The position numbers and the translations under genes are program-made. The notes beneath the pieces are model-generated. The model saw only the letters and a list, made by a program, of their open reading frames with translations. It searched no databases and was not told the DNA's origin. Positions 51,501-61,826 of a DNA stretch of 64,000 bases are shown here, piece after piece (the stretch's first letter is position 1; every line of letters starts with the position of its first letter). This DNA is from Amoebophrya sp. A120 (lineage: Eukaryota; Protista; Dinoflagellata), in NCBI GenBank assembly GCA_905178155.1, contig CAJINV010000002.1, positions 6,490,476-6,554,475 on the forward strand, in the 5' to 3' direction.

Positions 51501-54500
51501 GATGTCGACTACGCTTTGTTCAACGCGGAAGGTAGTTCTTTGGCCCGGAACGGCATCAAAGGCGGCAGTAGAGCGGGTAACAATATTAAATTGGGCCGGC
51601 ATCATCTCGCGCTGAATGATGCAGCGGACGAGATGGATCGCGATGGCTTGGCGGGATCCGGATCTAATGGCTTGTTGAACAATCACCAACAGAAGATCGT
51701 GAAATCCAAAAAACGGCAAAACAACCGGAACCAATTTGACGACGAAGAGGACGAGACGGTCTCGACTCGCGAGGTCTTGTTTCACGATTTTTTCGCCCGA
51801 GAAATTCAGGACGAGATCCTCATCGCCTTCAATCTCGACGCGGAGGCAAAAACGCCCGCTCTGGTCGAGCCGGAGGCGGAGTTTTACAAACTGTGCGAAC
51901 AGGATTTGTTACGCGCGGAAGTCACCGTGTTCGAGGTGTTGCTGCAAATGTGTTTGGAACTGAAGTCGCTCCGTCAGTCCCGGTGCCCGAAGGAAGCGAT
52001 CTGCGGCCGGTGTCCGGACTACCACAATGGTTGCAGATTTCTGCATTGGAACGACGACTACGCTCGACAAAAGGACGACATCGAAAAGGGACGGGCCGCG
52101 GCCAGCGCGGGCGCCGGTGCAGTTGTCGCGGTGGACAAAGCGGCCCAGGAGCTGAACAAGCACAACGCGTTTGGGATCAAAGACACACTGGAACAAATCT
52201 TGAAGGCGACATGCTGCTTGGGAGGAGAGCGTGAAGATGATCAGGAGGGCAAAAATTCAACAGCAGGAACCGCGACCGCGAACCAGAATAGAGCTGCAGT
52301 CAACAAATATGCGAACAAGCACAGCAATAAGAAAAACAAGAACAATCAGCAAGTGAAACAAGACACGTCGGGCGCCGCAACTACGGAAACAACTATCGCG
52401 GTATCAGAATCTTCTTCAAAGCCCTGCGTTCTTGAAGACGAAAGTAAGCTCGAAGTCACGGAGCAACAACTGTCCCGCGATCAGTACGAATTGATGAAGG
52501 TCTTGCAGAAAAAGCTTCAGTCGTCCGAACTCGAGAAGGCCCTGACGGTCGGAAAAGCCACGGCCGGGTTGGTCGCAAACACCAATTTGCTGCAGCAAAT
52601 TTTGCAGAAGACGACGCAGTCGCTGGAACCCGTTTTCAACCCGCTGGTGTGCTGCGAGTCATTATCCGCGGCAGTCAAGCCAACTGCGGCGATGAAGAAA
52701 CAGTTCTACAGTGACCGGGCACAGGAACTGTATTATTTTTTAGCCTATTTATTTACGCGAACCAATTCCAATTGTGTCTGTGCTCGTCACGTGGTCTGCC
52801 TTTTTCTCAGGTGAAGCACTAATGTATACGATCCACCTGCTCACATTTACGGTTTCTGTTTCTGAAGGAACTAACTCTGACGCCGTTTGACGCTGTTTCA
52901 TTTCTACTCTTTTCTGCACCAAAAATAATTGATAAACTATGACTATCCACAGTTACCAGCGCCTGCAGTCCCGACTGGAGCCTGCGACGATCTCAGATCT
53001 CACCGAGTGGACCCAAGCGCTGCGGTCGTCGGAGTGGGATGAGGACCGGTGCCGGCAGTTTAGCGAATACGTTTCGCCAAAGAACAACCGGATTTGGCAG
53101 GACACTTTCGTGTACATCTTCTGGAAGGACACCGCCGCGAGTGTGCGGTGGGGCAACGCAGCTACTGTGGAGGGGGTGTACTGTCACGAATCGAAAGACA
53201 GGTATTGTTCCGGAATTTGTGCACTCTTGGTCTTGCTTGTGCAGCCTCTAAAGGAAAACACCTCTTGATAATTTCACTTTGTGGAGAAGTCGCATAGCTC
53301 CAGTTGAATGAATACGGTTTGAAATTGATTTCGCTTTCCAAAAAGTCTCTTCTTTTTCCCCCTTCTCTACGTGTGTGGTCCAGATGGTACTATGTATGGT
53401 ATTTGGATTTTCCGTCTTCTCGAATGAAATGCAAGAAATGAAGATCAGCATTTGAATACAAGGTGCTATTATTTCTACCTACAGGTACTGCAACATGCGC
53501 AATAAAAACGTGACGCTCGAATTCCAGACGGCGCTGCCGGAGCCGGGGAATCCCGGTCGATCCGGTGGGAAGTGGATCATAAAGGACCGCAACACGGTGC
53601 TGATGGACGCGCTTGTGTATGTTTTGTCCGAAGGTAATAGCAAGGACGACAAGCCGAAGACCTCCTCCGCCCCCCTGCCAAAGAGCCACAGCTGGAGGCG
53701 GCTTCGCGACGGTCTTGCGCGCGGAGATGAGATGGACGATAAAGTCGTGACGGAAACTTTGTTTGTGATCCCAGACACCATGGTAAGTGACTACGTCGCG
53801 TCGTTGAAGAAGGAAGTGAACGGAATCCGGTTGAAGAACGAAGGGGACTTGCAGTACGACCAGATTGACGCGCTTGCGAAGAAGTCCAACGACGTGCTGC
53901 AGGCCCTGAACCCGCAGACCCGCGTCGACGTTTACGACGACGAGGGCTGGTACGAAAAGACCTACTACGAGAAAAACCGGAGGCCCGTGCCGCTCCGACT
54001 CTTCATGCAGATCTGCTCGCCCGAGGGCTTTTTGTCCATTTTGGAGCGCGCATCTGTCTGGACGTCGGCGATGGCAACGCAGATGAAGATGTTTTCCCTG
54101 CCGCGATCGGTGTGGCTGCGACACTTCGAGTTCTCGGAACACCTGTTCTGGCCGATGTTCGAGACGAAATTCATCCAGGCGGACTACGAGAAGTCGCGCA
54201 AGACGGCGATGCTGAAGAGCAACCGCGCCGAGGATACTTTGGGAGTCTTGCTGCACTTCGTGAACCCCGCGGAGGTGGTGCTCGAACGCGACTGCCAGGC
54301 GCACGAGCAGGGTAAGACCGTGCTGGAGGTGTGGTGCCAGCGGTGGGTACACCAGAAGGAGCTCGAACGGAAGAAAACCTACAGCAGAACCCCGAACGTC
54401 CTGTCCGACCCTGGGCTCCGGGCGGAAAACATGTTTGTGCAGTTGAATTTCCGGTTCTGGACGTTACTACTATCCCACGCGTGTCAGACCTCTCGGCAGC

Positions 54501-56803
54501 GGCGGTACTTGGTGCAACGCCTGCAAGAGATCAACACGAGGGCCAAGTCTGAAGGTATTCTGGAACGGCACCGCAAGTATCTCCCCGGGTACATGCGCTG
54601 GTTGCTAAAGTACCCCCAGGAGCGCATGGCGGACGTGGAGCGCCAAGATACGCGGCAAGGCCACGACAAAAAGTGGCAGATCGACCAGATCACCCCGCGC
54701 ATGAACATGGACCTGCGGAACCCTCTGATCCAAGACGAGGTTCTGATTGTGGACCGCCCGGACGTGGGGGTGGGGCCGCAGTTCAACCCGGAAAACGGCC
54801 CCAAGCACAGCACGGCGTTCTTTCCGACCTACCGGCTGGCGTACCTGTATCCCATGCTCAGCCCGAACGTGCCGGATCTGGTGCTTCCGAGGAAGTACTA
54901 CCTGTTCGACGACGAGAGCCGCAGGTTCTTCACCCTGCAGGAACAGGAACAAATGATGAATTATGCGGCTTGGGACACGGAACGACGCCGAGGACACGTA
55001 ACTCGCGGAGGTCAGCAACAGATGACTGTGGCAAATGCCGCGTCGGGCGCGCGCCTGATTCCCAATCCGGCTGTGTCAAGGAACAACAAAGAACAAAGCG
55101 GCAATTACAGCAACTATGGATCATCATCTTCATCTTCTCTGCAGCATCAAGCCAACTTTGACGAGCAAGACGACAATTTAGAGTGGATGCGTTTCCAGCC
55201 GCGCTGGAAACGCAACGTCAACCGGTCCTCGCCCAGGAATGCAAATAACGCCACTATCAGAGCTGCCTCCGATCATGCCAAGAGTAAAGCGAACAAGGGC
55301 GGGAATTATGCAGCTGACAAGAAGGCCCAAGTGCAACAACAGCCTAAGAAATCTGCGTGGGGTGTCGTGGACCAACAGTACTTGCTGGACGGCAAAGAAT
55401 CGGAGAAAGAGGACGTCGCACAGCTAGAAAGCAAGCTGCAAAACATCGAGCCCATGCAGCAGAGGAACAACAATTCCGCGCAAGTACTCGCCGCTTCTGT
55501 TGGTAGCAAGACGTCCAGTGCAGTACCTGCCGCTGCACCAGCGGTGGGAGCGGCCGCCGCGCCAGGATTTTCTAATGTTCCGCAAATGAGTATGAGTGGT
55601 CCGAACGGCAGTAAAATGACCACTGGTCCTCATGTGGGAAGTAAGATGACGGGCGTCATGGGTGCGACGAACCGAAAAACGCTGGTTGCGCACAAGTACC
55701 AAGTGGCGCAACAGACAATGGAGTACATCGAAGATGAATGGATTCCTATGATAAACGATGCGTGTCTTTTCGTTCTGAAACGGTTTGTCAGGCGCTTTCG
55801 CGAGCGGAAACACAAGGAACACGAAGAGAAGAGCGCGAAGCGCCGTCGCGAAATTGCAAATGTGGCAGTGCTGTTCGGGGTGAGAAAGGAGGAGCAAGTG
55901 CAAGTGATGGAAGCTGTGCCGGACGAAGTACTAATCTTCTTTTCTTATGTTGATTTACGTATAAAAGTAAGAATATGATGCACGACTAGCTTCAATATAG
56001 TGGAAAGACGTATCGATGACTATGAGCAAGAACAAGTTGAAGCATTGTCGCATTTGCCTTCAAATCTGTTTGTGTTTTTGGCCCGCAGGGGAATTTCCAA
56101 CCACAACATGATGAAGTGATTTGCTTTTCGAAAACAACAGACCGTCGCGTGCTGGAACTTTTCCTTCGGAGACCGCCGTAAACGCGGCGCCAACGCCCGG
56201 CTGGAGGAGCTGGCGCTGGAGCTGAAGCGAGCCGCGCAAGAGTTTTCCCGGCAAGCGACCAGCGACCTCGCCGACGACGCGGCGCTATTGGTCGACGACG
56301 CTGAGACGCTAAAGCAGTCCACGCACAAGATTCGTTCGAAGCCCGCCAACGAGCTGCTTGCGTCGCGCATGCGAAACGACAACAAGCATTTGTTGCAGAG
56401 CCGCTACAAGGCCATACTGAAGATTTGCGACTTCTTCACGAAATTTGTGGGCAAGCACCACATCATGATCTCCAAGAGGAAGCGCGCCTGCTACCTCATG
56501 CTGTGTGCGTACTTGCGAACCGCGCTGCTGGGAAAAATGCCCTGGTCCATGTCCGAGAAGTTGGCAGCAAACACCGCGGGCCACTCGCCGAGCAAAATTA
56601 ACTTTGCCTCGAACTTCAAAACGGTGAATAATTATGCCCGGAGCGGCAACGCGAGCAAAACCAAGGTTCCCTCCATTCTGAGCCTGACGGACGACCTGTT
56701 GCGGACAGACCCAGCGTCGATCGCAGTTGTGCACAGTCTGGTGAAAGAACTACGGATCCGGAAAAACTACATTGTCGTGCAGCGACGGAAATCGTCGCAA
56801 TAA
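36576..56803 (+). CDS. Giant (~5,620 aa) TRANK1-like protein: Q/N-rich N-terminus, Upf1/Sen1-type SF1 helicase, second UvrD-like helicase, TPR-like repeats, CCCH-like motif; 7 introner-like elements plus GT-AG introns 50390-51177, 52811-52952, 53202-53484, 55928-56140
   Basis: First helicase: QGPPGTGKT, IDEAG, LIGDPQQL, IGITSPYAAQV, SIDGFQGGEAD, RLNVALTRAR. Second: HGRAGTGKT, SDESQDL, HDPAQ, LTRNFR, AKGLEFNDV, CITRAK. Reconstructed exons total 16,869 nt in one frame. Confidence 0.85.
37962..38286. mobile_element. Introner-like element, family D (325 bp), TSD AAATC
   Basis: Family D TIRs; AAATC at 37957-37961 and 38287-38291; removal gives PEI|PPTFSKDTYTKSFAPYLLQEVRA. Confidence 0.92.
38892..39157. 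mobile_element. Introner-like element, family A (266 bp), imperfect TSD AGTTC/AGTTT
   Basis: Family A TIRs; removal gives SAQF|RNFKDF. Confidence 0.9.
39226..39488. mobile_element. Introner-like element, family A (263 bp), TSD TCCCC
   Basis: Family A TIRs; TCCCC at 39221-39225 and 39489-39493. Confidence 0.92.
41149..41399. mobile_element. Introner-like element, family A (251 bp), TSD AAGCG
   Basis: Family A TIRs; AAGCG at 41144-41148 and 41400-41404. Confidence 0.92.
42588..42835. mobile_element. Introner-like element, family A (248 bp), TSD TACTG
   Basis: Family A TIRs; removal gives QPLL|EEFSIGITSPY inside the helicase domain. Confidence 0.92.
45546..45826. mobile_element. Introner-like element, family B (281 bp), TSD GACAA
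   Basis: TATCCTGAGTAAAAATGTCCCCAC / GTGGGGAACTTTTTTCAGTACGATA; GACAA at 45541-45545 and 45827-45831. Confidence 0.9.
45900..46163. mobile_element. Introner-like element, family A (264 bp), degenerate TSD TGCCG/CGCCC
   Basis: Family A TIRs; removing 269 nt restores the frame. Confidence 0.87.
50608..50952. mobile_element. Foldback/Mutator-like MITE inside a canonical intron
   Basis: Perfect 89-bp inverted arms (50615-50703 / 50858-50946) built of GTACGTAG units; flanking direct repeat TCCGACGCAA at 50598-50607 and 50952-50961. Confidence 0.85.
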
Positions 56804-58596
56804 GGTGAAATCTGTGTTTGGTTGTTCATGATCTCGTCGTCATGCGGCCGCTACGCAAGGGAAACCCATCTGCTGCCGAAACGCAAGCAAAGGAGCAAGG
56901 ATTTTACTGATGTCGGAGTGCAGAATTGCGACCATCAAGTTGTAGTTGCGCAGGGGTTCGTTTCCTGCTTGTTTGAAACAGCAGCGCAGAAGAGATGGAC
57001 ACTTCCTAGCCTATAACGTACGATTAGGAAATAAAATGTGCCATGGAAGTAGATAACAAGCACAGAAGTCAAAGCTCTTTAGCTTTTACAGGCCTGAGAA
57101 TATAGGTGGATCGTGGTTTGAACAATCAACATGCACATGCTCCTCTTCTATCTGAAGAACTTCGGCTGAGAATTTGGCTTGGGTTTTGCTAGACCAGTGC
57201 TTCTGTGTCGTTTGTGACGGTCAATCATACGAAGCCAAACAGTACGCAGCGGTGGTCTCGACGTGCGGGAGTGGTCAGTGACACTACTAGAGTATACAGA
57301 GAATAAAGGCCTTCCCTCGCGGAAGAAACAGACGAAAGGCCTCTTGGTATTGGCTGGCTCGACCACCTGCTAAATTTCTGGTACGAAGAGGTACTAGAAG
57401 AGCATCTCGCCACAGGCACAGCAGCTCGAGGCGCAGTTGCTATCCAGTTTTTTCCTGCGATAGAAAAGGTGGGAGGTCCTCGCTAGCACATTGTAGAACC
57501 TACCCCGTCCATGTTTACGACTTTTTCAACTTCTTTATTTTATATCAGGCAGTGTGGAGATCGTCGGGAGCAGAATCATGTGCACCGCGATCAGATAAAG
57601 AATGTAGATCTCAACAACTGAAAAAATGACACGACGAATTTGCGCTTTTGTTGTAGCGACAACTAAAATACAAAAGGTTGCAAGCACGAATGAAATCTTC
57701 CACTATTGATTGCTTTCATCTCCTCGACATATGATGAATTTTACACAGTATGTATTCGCTTTTTCCTGCGACGAACAGGAACAAAAGCAGGCTGAGAAGT
57801 CGGATCAAAAACGTGTTGACGAGTTGTTCATGCAATTTTCGCTCGTTCGCTCGCACTCCCCGTGGAGATCTTCGAGAAGATCATTGTGGGAGACCCTAGC
57901 TGTTTCGGTTTTGTGAAGATTCATCACGCTCCTGAGAAATGTCGCTGTCGTGCTGGCGCCAAGATATTTATGATCACTTCGATCTTTTGCGAACATATCA
58001 ATATCTTTTGCATTTGATGTCGTGAGCTGGTAAAAAGTTCGATGGTCACGTCCTCCTCTCGGCTGAGATTCCTGTTTCGAAAGTAGTTCCTCTTGAGATC
58101 GATGATCCTGCGAGATCTTAAGAAATGACTGGAAGCTCCTGGTAGATCTACAACTACAGCGAAGAAAATGTGATCATCGCTGCGCCCAGCATGCATTGAA
58201 TATCGGTTTCAGCATCATTGTACTCAACCCGAAGGCGTCGGGCTGGAACAACTACAGAATGCAGACTTTCCGCACGACGCTGACTCACGCTCACCGAGAA
58301 CAGCATTCTTCTTTAGTCTTCACACAGAGTACAAATTCTCTTCTAGTTAGTACTTGTTTTGTGCACTTTTATTTGAATAGCATTACGTAGACGTTACTCA
58401 CCCCGAACTTGCAGAGAAGAAGGCGACCTAGACATATATACCAAACGACCAACATTTTGGGCGAAGAATGAAGATGGAACGAGGACGACCAGAGGACCAT
58501 CTTCAACTACACCTGCAAAAACGTAGCATTATGTGTGGCGAAACAAAGCGAATAAAGATGAAGCTCGCGCATTCTTCCGGGCTTCGGTCTGAGTCG

Positions 58597-61500
58597 ATGT
58601 CTCTTCGTCGCGCCGTAGTGCTTCGATTCTTCATCCTGCCGTTGTTCACTGTAGTCGAAGCGCTTCCGCGACCTGCCGTGGATCCGCATGCGTACTACGA
58701 GTTTCTGTTTGGCTACCCCGAAACAGAAGTTTTCACTCCGCCTGGGCACCGCGCTGACAATGCCACTAATTTAGCGATTAGGAACAACTTCGATGTCAGC
58801 TTTGAAAGGGTGCCGTTCGAACCGAACTACACAAGGACTCCAGATCATGGTGGAGGTGGCACGGCAAATAATCTTCAAGCTCAGGATATTCTGATTAAAA
58901 ACGTCCCCACACCAGAGTCAAGTTGGCAAATCTGCTAGACAAATCACACAGCTTTGGTCGTTTGGCATGACAAGTTTGTCCTCGTAGTGTAATCCTGTTT
59001 CGCTAGCTCAGAAGCATTACAGATCTAGCCTACCATACTGATTCTAGCATCACAAATTCCAAAACACGAATAGAAAATGCTTCTCATAGGGCTCCGCATG
59101 AGAAACTTTTTTGGCATGCAGAATTGCATGACAACTCTGGGGTGGATACGTTTTTACATAGGATACAGGATCCTGCCCTGTCGGAATTTCTCACCACTTG
59201 GGTTGCGAAGCTGAAGAGTCGGCTATCCTGAGTAAAAACGTACCCACACCAGAGTCAGGATGGGGATTTTGCAACACAAACCTAGGACTTTTGTGAGTCA
59301 CGCATGACAAGTTGCACTATGCAGTGTAGTGCAGGTTCGCAAGTGCAGCCGCATCACAGATTCATCTGCTCATCCTGTTCACAGCATCACAAATTCCAAA
59401 ACACGACTGGAAATGGCTCTCATGGGGATGCGCATTACAAGCCTTTCTGTCTTTGCAAATCTGCATTACAACTTTGGTGTGGGTACGTTTTTACTCAGGA
59501 TATCGGCGGAACAACCGAGAGCTGCATGCCGGGAAATTTTCTTCGATTACCGTGGGAGAATTTGAGGCGTCCCTGAAGCAGAAGCTCGCGGGAAAAAAAT
59601 TCACGGCTTTGTCCGATACCAATTCTACCTTCACCGCCAAACGGTTTACCTTGTCCGACGCGAGCACGGACATCGGACAAGTCACTGCGTCGCACCCGCT
59701 GGCCACCATCCAGGGCGCCAGTCAAATGAACGGCTTGGAGCAAACGTCGGACAACGCCGACCCGCATGGCATTGTGAACTACTTCTCTGACGACACCCAG
59801 GGCCCCGCAGTCGCCCTCACCGGGTTCGCCGGGACGCTGTGGCGCAACCACTTTGTGCGGCTCGGGAACACAACTCCGACGAACCGGCGACGTGTTATCG
59901 ACGAGACGGCCGCGACCCCGTACGACCCAGCGGACCTGTTTCGGGGGCAGACGGCTGATAATCTCGGGCCCGGTGGAATCAGGCGGCGGTTCGACGAAGT
60001 CCAGCAGCTGGACAGCTTCCACGGCGTGTGGGCCGCGATTCTGCAGGCCGCGGGTTCTGCCACGGACGCAAACGCCGCTGGATACCCGGTCCGCAACGGG
60101 TATCTGCAAGTTGATGATGTCCGAACGGAGTTCCAAAACGCGCGTAGAAGTACTACTACCGGTAACCCGGTCCTCGGGGACGCGCAAATCGAGCAGATTT
60201 TTCGCGACCGGCTCCGGGTGCACGTCCAAGAGGACACGGAGTTTACGGGCTACCGCGACGCGACTGGTCGCGGCCAACTCGCGCCGGATTTGGGTGGAGA
60301 CATCAATACCAGCAAGCCTTTCAAGGAAAAGCATCTGATTACCCAAGTGTACGGGTCCGGCATCCCCGGACCCTCCGCGGTCGACGTGGACGAGATATCA
60401 AATGTAAAAATGTCTGGGTCTGGAAGATTCTAAACTTGTAATGCTGTCTCTGGATTCTAAAAAAATTTGTATTGCATGACCAGCAAAAGGGCTCCAGTTT
60501 GTGCTACGTGGAGAGGGCATTTCTCATGCGGTAGAGGCATCACAAAGTCCTCTAAAGATCTGTGATGCTAGGGCATGCATCAGCATCACAGACATCATGG
60601 GTCATTCAAAATATGCATGACAAACCTGGCAATCTTCCAGACCCAAACACTTTTGTAGTTGATACGAGAATGCGCCGAACAACGTGGCGGTTTTCTACAA
60701 GAATTTTCTGCGGTACCAGTACCGTGCGGCCTTCGCCGTCGCACTGCGACAGGCGGTCAAGTATCGTATTTAAAAACGTCCCCACCCCATAATTGTCATG
60801 CAGATCTGCAAGCACAAGTGCACTTGTAATGCGTATCCCCATGATAGGCATTCCCGATCGTGTTTTGGAACTTGTAATGCTGTAAACAGGATAAGCAGAT
60901 GGATTTGTAATGCGACTAAACCTTGCTAAACTGCATTACAATACGGCCTGCAATTTGTCATGAGTGGCTCCCAAACCTTCAAGGTTTGTGTTGCAAAATC
61001 CCCATCTTGACTTTGGTGTGGGGACGTTTTTACTCAGGATATCAAGTGGAACTTCGGGAAGTCGTCGAGAAAGCTGTTTCTGACCGGGCTGGGGTACGGG
61101 GTGTGGTCGGGGGGGCAGGAAGCCGCGTTGACGGAGATTTTGAAAACCGTGATCGCCGAAGCGTTCTTCGCCTACCGGAACTGCGGCTTGGAGGTTCAGC
61201 TTATCGTCGGAGCGTCGCCGGCGGTGGTGAGCAATCTGCTGCAGGGGGTGCAAGAGAAAAAGCAGCAAATGCTCGCGGACAACAAGGACGATAGCGTCTG
61301 TGGACTGGGGTTGAATGATCCTCATCCAGGAGGCAATTCGCCTGGTGGAGGTTCTCCCGGTGGCGGCGGTTCTGGCGGTGGCGGTTCTGGTGGCGGTGCT
61401 GGTGGCGGTGGTGGTGCTGGCACTCATCCTCCAACAGTTCATCCAGCCGGCACGCCCAGGAGCAGTTCAGTCACGTACACGCCGATAGTCTTTTGGGCGC

Positions 61501-61826
61501 TCTACGGTGTGGTTTTTTTGAGCTTCCTGGTTGCGGGTGTGGTCGTGTGTGTTTGCCTGTTGAAGAACAAGCCAGGCTGCCGTGGTAAGGGTGCACCAGG
61601 TTCATCGGTGGTTGTTATTGTTAACGATCATTATGCAACTCCACCTCCAGGCGAGCAGCAGGCTCAGTTCAACAAAGGTGCTCCTGAGGGGGACCTCGCT
61701 CCAAGACCTGCCGAGGGCCAAGCTTTGCCGGTTCTCAGAGACAGTAGGGATCTTTCGGAGGAGGTAGAAGAGCCGGGAATTGGGCAGCCGCTCCTGGTGA
61801 CGGGAGAGCGGGAAGATGTGGTGTAA
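58597..61826 (+). CDS. Predicted type-I membrane protein (~700 aa): signal peptide, putative macrodomain-like ectodomain, Gly/Pro linker, one transmembrane helix; exons 58597-58886, 59171-59223, 59508-60395, 60670-60761, 61047-61826
   Basis: Removing four elements gives one 2103-nt frame. Motifs YEFLFGYPE, GASQMNGLEQ, YFSDDTQGPAVAL, GTLWRNHF, LFLTGLGYGVW; transmembrane segment IVFWALYGVVFLSFLVAGVVVCVCLL. Confidence 0.75.
58887..59165. mobile_element. Introner-like element, family B (279 bp), TSD CAGGA
   Basis: Family B TIRs; CAGGA at 58882-58886 and 59166-59170. Confidence 0.9.
59224..59502. mobile_element. Introner-like element, family B (279 bp), TSD TCGGC
   Basis: TATCCTGAGTAAAAACGTACCCACACCA / TGGTGTGGGTACGTTTTTACTCAGGATA (perfect); TCGGC at 59219-59223 and 59503-59507. 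Confidence 0.94.
60396..60664. mobile_element. Introner-like element, family A (269 bp), TSD CGAGA
   Basis: Family A TIRs; interior similar to 3256-3517; CGAGA at 60391-60395 and 60665-60669. Confidence 0.92.
60762..61041. mobile_element. Introner-like element, family B (280 bp), inverted relative to other B copies, TSD TCAAG
   Basis: Family B TIRs; interior is the reverse complement of 2502/59224; TCAAG at 60757-60761 and 61042-61046. Confidence 0.92.

Noticed and set aside
53390-54352. Long minus-strand ORFs (also 16211..17110, 37092..37940, 59495..60346)
   Set aside because: Antisense shadows of GC3-rich + strand coding regions.
1110-61041. Recurring peptides in the ORF track (LPDPDIFA, MSGSGR, KNVPTP, IWGGGIFP, KSPLPISK) suggesting a repeated protein domain
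   Set aside because: They are translations of the element TIRs in various frames, not protein sequence.
1169-61041. CRISPR-like or bacterial REP/IS interpretation of the dispersed repeats
   Set aside because: Repeats are inverted pairs with TSDs inside eukaryotic genes; there is no regular repeat-spacer array, cas gene or transposase.
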